A stretch of DNA of 54,746 nucleotides from a virus. Taxonomy: Duplodnaviria > Caudoviricetes. Location of the stretch: positions 1-54,746 of the IMG/VR virus record IMGVR_UViG_3300000117_000028, one strand, 5' to 3'. A program made the translations under genes and the position numbers. Shown one piece after another: positions 29,779-37,026 of this stretch (positions within the stretch are counted from its first letter, which is position 1; the number at the start of each line of letters is the position of its first letter). The notes under the pieces were generated by a model. It saw nothing but the letters and a program-made list of their open reading frames with translations, made no database searches and was not told the origin of the DNA.

Positions 29779-30608
29779 TATGCTGCCTCCAACAAACGGA
29801 ACTTGTCATCACTGACCCACTTACTTACCTCTTGCTCACGTGACCACATGCTGATTGCCTGTGTGTCATTACCTGTGTTACGTAGGTTGAACCCATTACG
29901 TTCATCAGCATACGATGCGTAGTTGGTGAAGGCAGAGTACAATGCCCACTTGTTATGACCACGTGTTGCAGCCTCTTGCAGGTATAGCATGTACATCTTT
30001 TCTGCTTTACGTTCAGACGAAATCATTTCATCAAGCAGCATCTTGATGTCTACATACTTAGTGGAAGTCTGTGCCCACACCTGCATCTTGCTGGCTTCTG
30101 TGTAGAAATCAGTACGAGCACGGGCTAATTCATATATGAAACTTTCCATAGAGAAGTTGGCAGTATTCTTCTTACGAATTTTGTCATACTCACCACGTAT
30201 TTGACCATTGGTGCAGAAGAAATCAATCGCACCAAAGAACACTTGGTTGCTGCACGAACCATCAATGCCATGAAGGCTGATGATACGGTTGCCAATGGTA
30301 GTTTGGTGCTTCTCTGTTGTGATCTCTACCTTCATGTCAGGCAGTTGAATGTCCAGCATAGACCACGCACCATTACGTGCAGTCTGCCAGTTGTATTTGG
30401 CATTAGTCAGTTCAGATGGATCAAGTTCTTCTGTCACTGTGTTCATAACGCCACGATAAAAGTCACCATGTGATGCACACTTGAATGACTTGCCGACAAT
30501 ACCAAGGTATTCGCCAGTGTCATTGTTGATGACGTACTTTTTGTCATTAACCTTCGTTGGTTCAAAGGATACGTCAAAGTCTAGGTAAGTTGGGATGTCA
30601 AACGGCAT
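29778..30608 (-). CDS. DUF932/DUF945-family protein
   Basis: LGIVG..F, HGIDGS, FFCTNG, WALYSAFTNYASY. Confidence 0.8.
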   Translation of the reverse strand: MPFDIPTYLDFDVSFEPTKVNDKKYVINNDTGEYLGIVGKSFKCASHGDFYRGVMNTVTEELDPSELTNAKYNWQTARNGAWSMLDIQLPDMKVEITTEKHQTTIGNRIISLHGIDGSCSNQVFFGAIDFFCTNGQIRGEYDKIRKKNTANFSMESFIYELARARTDFYTEASKMQVWAQTSTKYVDIKMLLDEMISSERKAEKMYMLYLQEAATRGHNKWALYSAFTNYASYADERNGFNLRNTGNDTQAISMWSREQEVSKWVSDDKFRLLEAA

Positions 30609-30670
30609 ATTAATCTCCTATCAGTTGTTTGTATGGCAACTGTGCCATAGTTATGTAGGTGTGTCAACAC

Positions 30671-31063
30671 TTACTTATAAAATATGTGTGAACCAAATGA
30701 TACAGTCGGAGTAAGTGACTTAGCCCAGTACGGTTTCACATATTTTGCATGGTAGTGTGTCGCCCCCTTAGTTATATCAGGTATGTACCCCATCATAACG
30801 TCATTAGCAACCAACACAGACCTAGCCCAAGCCACCGTGTCTGTTGGTGTGTCGGGTTTACCATCACAGAACCATGAAAACTGACAGTTTGACTTGCCTT
30901 TGACATACCCCTGCTTAACTACAGAGCACACATCATTAGGCCATCTGTCACTGGCGACCCTATTTAGGGTGACATTTGCTACAGCAACCTGCCCCCTCAT
31001 TTCCTCACTACGTGATTCGTGGTATATGTTTAATGCCATACACATTAACGCTGCACTAATCAT
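30671..31063 (-). CDS. SleB-like cell wall hydrolase (Hydrolase_2)
   Basis: CMALNIYHESR...GQxAVAxVxLNRV...CxVVxQ...QFSW...GATHYHA..V.P.W...HIFY. Confidence 0.9.
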   Translation of the reverse strand: MISAALMCMALNIYHESRSEEMRGQVAVANVTLNRVASDRWPNDVCSVVKQGYVKGKSNCQFSWFCDGKPDTPTDTVAWARSVLVANDVMMGYIPDITKGATHYHAKYVKPYWAKSLTPTVSFGSHIFYK

Positions 31064-31135
31064 TTGTTATCATCCTTCTGTGGTTTAGGGATTGGATGAC
31101 CCGACCAATCGTCACATGGGTCATCCTCTTTGCCA

Positions 31136-31372
31136 TCACTGTAGCACCATAGGTGCATCGTGTATGTAGCCATATTTTGTGTACTCCTCATGTATATATT
31201 CGGCACAATCAATGAACTCAATTGTTGTGCCGGGGTGATCATGAAGAGCCATGTGGATTGCAAAATCTGTCGCAGTATTCCAACAACTCACAGCGGGGTA
31301 TGTGTCATCAAGTTTTACAACAGATTTTACACCATCAATCTCAAGCGTTATATCATAAGCCATTGTAACCAT
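31136..31372 (-). CDS. Hypothetical early protein
   Basis: In-operon ORF with GAGG SD. Confidence 0.5.
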   Translation of the reverse strand: MVTMAYDITLEIDGVKSVVKLDDTYPAVSCWNTATDFAIHMALHDHPGTTIEFIDCAEYIHEEYTKYGYIHDAPMVLQ

Positions 31373-31385
31373 GCTTAGTCAACCT

Positions 31386-31610
31386 CTATCCTGCAAAGTG
31401 CGCTAGTTTACGTGGCTTCACACCATTACCAAACAGGTACACGGTACGCTTGCCAAAGTGGTACGCCACGGATGTCTCCATCCGCTGACGTTTGAACCAA
31501 CCCCGTGAGGTTGATTTACGTTTACGAAGTAAACCCTTTTTGCCAAACAGGTTGAACCGAAAGCCTTGTGATCCATCGTCCAAGGGTTTTGTTGCTACAA
31601 TTACAAACAT
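31386..31610 (-). CDS. Small basic hypothetical early protein
   Basis: AAGGAG SD; lies within the operon. Confidence 0.55.
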   Translation of the reverse strand: MFVIVATKPLDDGSQGFRFNLFGKKGLLRKRKSTSRGWFKRQRMETSVAYHFGKRTVYLFGNGVKPRKLAHFAG

Positions 31611-31952
31611 TTATGCTACTCCTTCTAGTCTTGCATCTAATTCTTTTAGTTGTGTGATCAAGTACTTACGAGTACGCAGCAGCTTACCACGCTCCATATT
31701 GTTTTTACCTTCAATCACACCAGCTTCTTTGAGCAGTTCAACACGGTACACGACACGATTGAAATACTCATTTGTGTCTGATGCAATTTGCTTGAGGGTT
31801 TTGTCGCCCCAATTAGCTGCGATGTAATCATCCAACATAGAGTAGTTGTATGTGTATTTACGTGCCTTCTGCAGGTGGAATGTGTGTTCTACATACAACT
31901 CAGGGTTAGTTGTTTTAACTACAGGACGGGTGGTTTGTGTTGTGTTAGTCAT
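31611..31952 (-). CDS. Hypothetical early protein, possible helix-turn-helix
   Basis: TLKQIASDTNE..NRVVYRV..L...GVI resembles an HTH; AGGAG SD. Confidence 0.45.
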   Translation of the reverse strand: MTNTTQTTRPVVKTTNPELYVEHTFHLQKARKYTYNYSMLDDYIAANWGDKTLKQIASDTNEYFNRVVYRVELLKEAGVIEGKNNMERGKLLRTRKYLITQLKELDARLEGVA

Positions 31953-31965
31953 GGTATAGCTCCTT

Positions 31966-32358
31966 TTAAGCTGTTGTAAGATCAAGTGTTAGGTCAAGGC
32001 TATGCCAGCCTATTGGCATACATACATGAGCATAGCCATTTGTCAAGTCCATGAGTATATCTCCTACGGACATACTGGGACGGTCACGGATATTGGCTGT
32101 CTTGATAGTACCATCACCATATCCATTGCCTTCATCAAAGATGGCCTCAAATGGGGTACGTTCTCGTGCCTCTACATCATGCATGATCATGGTAGGTTCA
32201 TACATATTGTGATGCAAACCATCATGCACGGCATCCTCTACATTCTCTCGTGTTGGCATACCAAGTGCAAAGTATGCTTTGGCATATACAGATGTTGGCA
32301 TACTGTTGATGCGCTCACTGTCTACATTTGTACGTTGGTAAATCATATATACTGACAT
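31966..32358 (-). CDS. Hypothetical early protein with a YodL-like motif
   Basis: RPSMSVGDI motif. Confidence 0.5.
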   Translation of the reverse strand: MSVYMIYQRTNVDSERINSMPTSVYAKAYFALGMPTRENVEDAVHDGLHHNMYEPTMIMHDVEARERTPFEAIFDEGNGYGDGTIKTANIRDRPSMSVGDILMDLTNGYAHVCMPIGWHSLDLTLDLTTA

Positions 32359-32360
32359 GG

Positions 32361-32528
32361 TTAGGCTACCTTGTTGCTGCGGTAATTGGTTATACTATTA
32401 CGTAACGTCTGTTTACGCTGCCGTGCTTTGTCACGATCACGTTTCCAATCATCATTGAACTTGGACTGTCCAACGTTGGACGCTTTTCGTTTAGTCGTTT
32501 TGATGAAATTTTTCATCTCGTATTGCAT
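32361..32528 (-). CDS. Small basic protein (55 aa, not in ORF track)
   Basis: MQYEMKNFIKTTKRKASNVGQSKFNDDWKRDRDKARQRKQ...; AGGAG SD. Confidence 0.55.
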   Translation of the reverse strand: MQYEMKNFIKTTKRKASNVGQSKFNDDWKRDRDKARQRKQTLRNSITNYRSNKVA

Positions 32529-32661
32529 CGTACTTCTCCTGTTTGCGGTTACGTTTAGCTTTGCTACCTTTCTTAGGTGGCACTACCTGTGGGGCTTTGC
32601 GCACTTGCAGCATAGCCTTTGCCACAGGATTTACAATCCCCACAGATACTTTTTTAGCCAT
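32491..32661 (-). CDS. Small basic protein, weakly ArfA-like
   Basis: NPVAKAML....QVVPPKKG.....RK pattern. Confidence 0.45.
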   Translation of the reverse strand: MAKKVSVGIVNPVAKAMLQVRKAPQVVPPKKGSKAKRNRKQEKYDAIRDEKFHQND

Positions 32662-33283
32662 GTTCAAATCCATATGTTACACACTCTACATGATACCGTG
32701 ACACTACATCACCAGTATCCAAGGCACGGTTGGCACGATTACCAGCGACATACTCACACCATGAGTTCCACCAGTACTCGCTGCCCTCAACTTGGGTCAG
32801 TTCAACATACTGTTCAACCTTCTTGCGTACAGTGGCAGGTTTCATGGCGGCAGGTGGTGACTTCACAAGGTTAGGTGAGATACCCAAACGCTTGATGTTG
32901 TGACTGTCAATACAGGCTACGTTGAACCCAAGGCATTGGGCAAGGAAGGCAGCTTTGACCATGCCAAGGTTAGGTACAGCCATGAACAGTTGTATGACAT
33001 CTGCACAAGCCTCAACACTTTCGTAACCTTTGGTATCTGCTATGTGATACAGCTTGCCGTATAGGTACTCTGCATTGTCTACAAGGTACTTGTAACCTTC
33101 AGCCTTTTTGCCCCATAGGCAATCCGCATCATAGCCATCACGTTCTACTTTGACCATGCTACCACGGACAGTGGATAGGCCAGCTTGTATCGTAAGCAAC
33201 ACGAACAGGCCGTTATTTACCAAGGCATCTGGGCCACGCCATTTTACGAAGGCTTTGATTTCATTTACATCACGTTGATACAT
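32654..33283 (-). CDS. Helix-hairpin-helix DNA glycosylase-like protein (Ogg-like)
   Basis: VPNLGMVKAAF...LGFNVACIDSH resembles the HhH-GPD/Ogg2 catalytic K...D-x-H region. Confidence 0.55.
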   Translation of the reverse strand: MYQRDVNEIKAFVKWRGPDALVNNGLFVLLTIQAGLSTVRGSMVKVERDGYDADCLWGKKAEGYKYLVDNAEYLYGKLYHIADTKGYESVEACADVIQLFMAVPNLGMVKAAFLAQCLGFNVACIDSHNIKRLGISPNLVKSPPAAMKPATVRKKVEQYVELTQVEGSEYWWNSWCEYVAGNRANRALDTGDVVSRYHVECVTYGFEHG

Positions 33284-33319
33284 TTTGTATCCTTTCAAAA
33301 GTGTCCAACATTGGACGGT

Positions 33320-33547
33320 TTAAAGTGTTTCCCATTCGTCAGGTGTTATACCTGTCATCAAGAACTCACGTTCTTCTGGAGACAATTGTGGCATAGCATC
33401 CTGTATACATTTACCACCATTCTTCCAGTTGTCATACTGGCGATGTGTGAAAAACATGAGGCGGCAATTTTCTTCGCCTGACATGGTTGATTTTCTTGTT
33501 ACGAAAACAACATTGCCATCGTAGCCTTTGGGATAAAGCAATTGCAT
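33320..33547 (-). CDS. Conserved-looking phage hypothetical early protein
   Basis: IQDAMPQLSPEEREFLMTGITPDEW; AAGGA SD. Confidence 0.7.
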   Translation of the reverse strand: MQLLYPKGYDGNVVFVTRKSTMSGEENCRLMFFTHRQYDNWKNGGKCIQDAMPQLSPEEREFLMTGITPDEWETL

Positions 33548-33595
33548 TTTAGCATCCTTTTAAAGTGTCCAACATTGGACGGTTTGTTTCAGTGT

Positions 33596-33670
33596 TAGTA
33601 TTAAACATATGTTATATAACACTTTCACTAAAGTATCAGTGTTATATAACTATGTAATACTACTTGTCAA
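33596..33670 (-). promoter_or_regulatory. Early promoter overlapped by a long inverted repeat
   Basis: TTGACA (33670-33665) with TATAAC at an 18-nt spacer (33646-33641); inverted repeat 33596-33662. Confidence 0.55.
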
Positions 33671-33821
33671 TAGATGAAATGTGATAGCCACCAACATCTG
33701 GAATGTATATTCCATAGCCATCATCTTGAATGTATCCAAAGGATACCAGCAACAGATAGGCCAGAGCTACGCCGCAACCTACATAGGCAGCTATGACAAT
33801 ACGAATTTCAGCATAGGTCAT
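33660..33821 (-). CDS. Small single-pass membrane protein (53 aa, not in ORF track)
   Basis: MTYAEIRIVIAAYVGCGVALAYLLLVSFGY...; GGAG SD. Confidence 0.55.
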   Translation of the reverse strand: MTYAEIRIVIAAYVGCGVALAYLLLVSFGYIQDDGYGIYIPDVGGYHISSIDK

Positions 33822-33881
33822 TATAATCTCCGATTATACAGTTAACATAGTCAGACAGTCTCAGAGAGACTGCCCAAGATA

Positions 33882-34472
33882 TTAACCTTGTTGTTGACGT
33901 TTAGTCAACTCAGACATCAAGTCTTCAATGATCTCTTCAAGATCAAGTTTGTTGATAGCAGCTTGAGCCAATATGGTATTAACCATAACTTTTCTTGTGA
34001 TTGGGCCAACAGTCATAGACTGCTTAGACTGTTCAACCAGCTTAGGCTGGTCATCAGACTGTCCAACATTGGACGGTTTACCTTCGGTAGTTTCATCATC
34101 TGCTTTAGCAGCTTTCCGCATTGCAGCTTGTAAAGCTGTTAGAGAGCTAAAACCTTTCTTGCTGTTAGCAATAAAGTCACGACACTCAACTTCGTTTTCA
34201 ACGAACCACAAAGCTTCAGAACGACGACGACGATCAATTACATTGATACCATACATCGTCAAAGTTTGACGACTAATCTGGCCGGAATCCAAAGTGGATT
34301 GAGCTTTCAACTCTTGCAAGAGTTTCCCAAGCCTAGTGTCGAAGCCAGAGGCTTTGATGGTATGTTTCAGACTGTTAGTCTGTTTCCAGATTGATGCCAA
34401 GGCTTTGCCTTCCTTAACGAGAGCTGAGATTGTAGTACCTTCGGTAGTTTTTGTTGTTGCTGAATTTGTCAT
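33882..34472 (-). CDS. First early gene, hypothetical protein
   Basis: 196 aa, AAGGGA SD, first ORF of the leftward arm. Confidence 0.7.
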   Translation of the reverse strand: MTNSATTKTTEGTTISALVKEGKALASIWKQTNSLKHTIKASGFDTRLGKLLQELKAQSTLDSGQISRQTLTMYGINVIDRRRRSEALWFVENEVECRDFIANSKKGFSSLTALQAAMRKAAKADDETTEGKPSNVGQSDDQPKLVEQSKQSMTVGPITRKVMVNTILAQAAINKLDLEEIIEDLMSELTKRQQQG

Positions 34473-34489
34473 TTCGGTAGTCCCTTTAT

Positions 34490-34584
34490 CTATACTCTGT
34501 TTATATGAGAGAACCTATATCTCTCACAAATAGTGAGATATAGTTCTCTTTATAAACTAGTAGAGTATAGTATAAGTTTGTCAA
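34490..34584 (-). promoter_or_regulatory. Probable first early promoter overlapped by an ~80-bp inverted repeat
   Basis: TTGACA (34584-34579); -10 element ambiguous; inverted repeat 34490-34570. Confidence 0.5.
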
Positions 34585-35168
34585 GTCGGTTCTCATGACG
34601 TGATCCTCTGCGCCTGTCGTTTCACGCATGACTGCAGTAATTACAAGTAATTACGAAGTTGGTGCGCTAAACTCACGTGAGGCTTCAGTTCATGCTGCAT
34701 CACCAATTGTGTTGCATAAATGTCATATACTTCGTATATGGTAAAGTGTCCAACGTTGGACGGTGATTTCAATTGGCAGAGCAGCATGTGGCTTGTAGGA
34801 TCGTGCAGTGACCATCACAGATGGTGGGTAGGGTATTTTGTACATCGGCACTGCAACACACCTTCGGTGTGATAATGTAACAGTTTCATACACTCTAAAG
34901 AGTGGCAACTGATTCCATAACAGTTGTCGTAGACAAGTAAGTAGTTGATATTGCTTATACCTTCGGTATGTTGGTGAACTGAGGCATGATTTCTGTCCTC
35001 ACCTATGCCATGACGTTGCATTATGCAGGCAATTCCACATGAGAGGAGGGGGACGGGCAGGGGCCATGGGGGGTAGCGTGGTATATGTATACACATATCT
35101 ACACAGATCAGGAAATATGACTGTTAACCACATTACATACATAGTGGTTTACACATTAATTGGGTAAG

Positions 35169-35211
35169 TTTGTGATCACAAAAGGAGGGTTACATACTAT
35201 GTGATCACATA
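35169..35211. repeat. Two 14-bp palindromes with core TGTGATCACA
   Basis: TTTGTGATCACAAA 35169-35182 and TATGTGATCACATA 35198-35211. Confidence 0.85.
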
Positions 35212-35271
35212 TTTAATGTATCACGTATTGTTACAGTGAGTCACATTATGTTACAGTAATACGATTAGGGG

Positions 35272-35300
35272 TTGACATGCTGTGTTTTTTGTGTAAAACT
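35272..35300 (+). promoter_or_regulatory. Rightward sigma70-type promoter
   Basis: TTGACA (35272-35277) - 16 nt - TAAAACT. Confidence 0.6.
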
Positions 35301-35489
35301 ACAATAGTAGAAACTAAGATGACACTTTAAGTGATTCACTTAGAATGATACACTTAAATGTATATATAGTTAGTTATAATTATACTTAACTAATATAACA
35401 GTTAAATGATACACTTTAAATGTAGGGTTATTAGATACAAGTACGTAACAAAGTTACGGACGGGAATTTGTATATTATTATAAAGGTAC

Positions 35490-35518
35490 TTGACAATGGA
35501 TAAAAAATCAGTAAAACT
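35490..35518 (+). promoter_or_regulatory. Second rightward sigma70-type promoter
   Basis: TTGACA (35490-35495) - 16 nt - TAAAACT; same architecture as the 35272 promoter. Confidence 0.55.
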
Positions 35519-35699
35519 ATATACTGACAATGTTCTTGTTGAGTTTTATAATCACGTACTCAATGGAACTATAGATAAATTACATATACCCCATAGTGAT
35601 GTATTCTATGTACGAGAAGCTGTACAGAACTACTATGGGAAGCCTTTTACGTTGGAGCACGTAGAGTGGGCTATGCGTGAAGAAGGATGGACTGACTGA
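35496..35699 (+). CDS. Hypothetical protein, first gene of the rightward arm
   Basis: AAGG SD; LHIPHSDVFYVR motif. Confidence 0.6.
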   Translation: MDKKSVKLYTDNVLVEFYNHVLNGTIDKLHIPHSDVFYVREAVQNYYGKPFTLEHVEWAMREEGWTD

Positions 35700-35700
35700 C

Positions 35701-35979
35701 ATGACGGTTGAATACAGAGGTGAAACCTTTAGTGGTTACAATAAACCCAAGCGTACTCCCAAGCATCCCACTAAGTCACACGTAGTACTTGCTAAGGAAG
35801 GTACTACCATTAAGATGATACGCTTTGGTGAGCAGGGCGCAAGTACTGCAGGTAAACCTAAAGCAGGTGAATCAGATAAGATGAAGAAGAAACGTGCATC
35901 ATTTAAAGCACGTCATGCAAAGAACATTAAGCGTGGTAAGTTGAGTGCAGCGTACTGGGCTGATAAAGTTAAATGGTAA
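35701..35979 (+). CDS. Basic conserved viral hypothetical protein (DUF6321/DUF5754-like)
   Basis: IRFGxQG...SFKARH...SAAYWA...W. Confidence 0.55.
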   Translation: MTVEYRGETFSGYNKPKRTPKHPTKSHVVLAKEGTTIKMIRFGEQGASTAGKPKAGESDKMKKKRASFKARHAKNIKRGKLSAAYWADKVKW

Positions 35980-35991
35980 AGGATTAACCCT

Positions 35992-36591
35992 ATGGGTATT
36001 GCAGGTAGGTTAGCTAAACGTGTAGCTAAGAATAAATTAAAAGACTTAGAAGTAGATGATCTAGTAGCACAGCAAAAAGCTAAACTTAAAAAAGCTAGAG
36101 CAAAAAATGCAGAGCCAAAAGACTCTGGTGACATTAGTGAAGTACTGATGCCAGAAGATCGTCCTTCTACTGATGCGGTAAAACAAACTAGTAAAGAACG
36201 ATTGATTAATGCTACAGGTGCTATATCAGCTTTGCTTACTAAAGCTGGACCTAAGCCTTTATCTATGGATAAGTATCGTTCTTTGCCTACGGCAGCACGT
36301 AATGCTTTTGCACGTCAGGCTAAGAAAGACTTTGACAATAAAGTTATTACGAAGCAACAATATGAAACTATTATTAAACGTATTGAGTCTGCAGAAGTAG
36401 ACAAGAATGTTCGTTCTATGGAACAAGGCATTGCTAATAAAAAAGCTAAACCTGTTACGATAGACAAGAGTATGGGCATAGATGAAAAAGACATGCCACG
36501 TAAACCAACTAAATTAAGTAAGGGTGGTATGCCTACAGGCAAGCCACGTGCAGGACATATGGACTATCGTAAAAAAGGATTATTTAAATAA
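35992..36591 (+). CDS. Lys-rich hypothetical late protein
   Basis: AAGGA SD; N-terminus duplicated in the next gene; C-terminal SKGG...DYRKKGLF. Confidence 0.65.
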   Translation: MGIAGRLAKRVAKNKLKDLEVDDLVAQQKAKLKKARAKNAEPKDSGDISEVLMPEDRPSTDAVKQTSKERLINATGAISALLTKAGPKPLSMDKYRSLPTAARNAFARQAKKDFDNKVITKQQYETIIKRIESAEVDKNVRSMEQGIANKKAKPVTIDKSMGIDEKDMPRKPTKLSKGGMPTGKPRAGHMDYRKKGLFK

Positions 36592-37022
36592 TGGGTATCG
36601 CAGGTAAACTAGCTAAACGTGTAGCTAAAGCAGCAACTAAACAAAACCCCCGTCAAGCACAGAGTGAAATGGGGACTAAGGGACAACGTGTGTATGCCCG
36701 TGGTCAGATTAAAGGTGGGGCAGCAGGTGCAGGTGCAGCGGGATTAACTGCGGCAGTTGTAGGTAAGATGTCGCTAGATGAAATGCGTCAACGTTTAAAG
36801 ACTGCAAAGGATGAAAAAGATCGTGCACTTCTTCGTGAGGCAATTACAAAGGCTGTAGCTGAAGCAAAGGACTACGTAGAAACTAAACCTACAACGTCGC
36901 CTCGTCCAAGATCACGCCCAATGGGAATGGCTAAGGGTGGCTATGCTAACTGTGGTGCCTCTATGCAAGCTACACAGAGTTCAACAAAAATGGCATACGG
37001 TGGTATGGCTAAAAAGAAGTAG
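36591..37022 (+). CDS. Basic hypothetical late protein
   Basis: TAATG-coupled; MGIAGKLAKRVAK N-terminus; MAKGG and MAYGG motifs. Confidence 0.65.
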   Translation: MGIAGKLAKRVAKAATKQNPRQAQSEMGTKGQRVYARGQIKGGAAGAGAAGLTAAVVGKMSLDEMRQRLKTAKDEKDRALLREAITKAVAEAKDYVETKPTTSPRPRSRPMGMAKGGYANCGASMQATQSSTKMAYGGMAKKK

Positions 37023-37026
37023 TGCT

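Larger units (their letters stand above)
32467..34764. repeat. Five dispersed copies of palindrome GTCCAAC(A/G)TTGGAC
   Basis: At 32468-32481, 33303-33316, 33567-33580, 34061-34074 and 34748-34761; all preceded by T and followed by G. Confidence 0.92.
34473..35489. other. Divergent non-coding control region; probable genome terminus, packaging or origin region
   Basis: Only ~1 kb stretch without credible genes; transcription switches direction here; dense in short repeats and palindromes. Confidence 0.6.

Noticed and set aside
31060-31263. 67-aa ORF from the track
   Set aside because: It mostly overlaps 31136-31372; a shorter ORF probably fills 31060-31160, but two frames are equally plausible
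32467-34764. Palindromic repeats as a CRISPR array
   Set aside because: Spacing is irregular (260-840 bp), repeats are too short, some lie in coding sequence, and there is no cas operon (the Cas4-like gene is a typical phage exonuclease)
34723-35096. ORFs 34723-34908 and 34815-35096
   Set aside because: No clear SD, atypical composition, and they overlap repeat and G-tract elements; likely non-coding
35171-35209. CRP/FNR binding sites
   Set aside because: The TGTGA and TCACA half-sites have no 6-bp spacer, so they do not fit the CRP consensus
34473-35489. attP or tRNA fragment in the non-coding region
   Set aside because: I could not find a T-arm (GGTTCGAnTCC) or acceptor-stem match by eye; needs BLAST against host genomes
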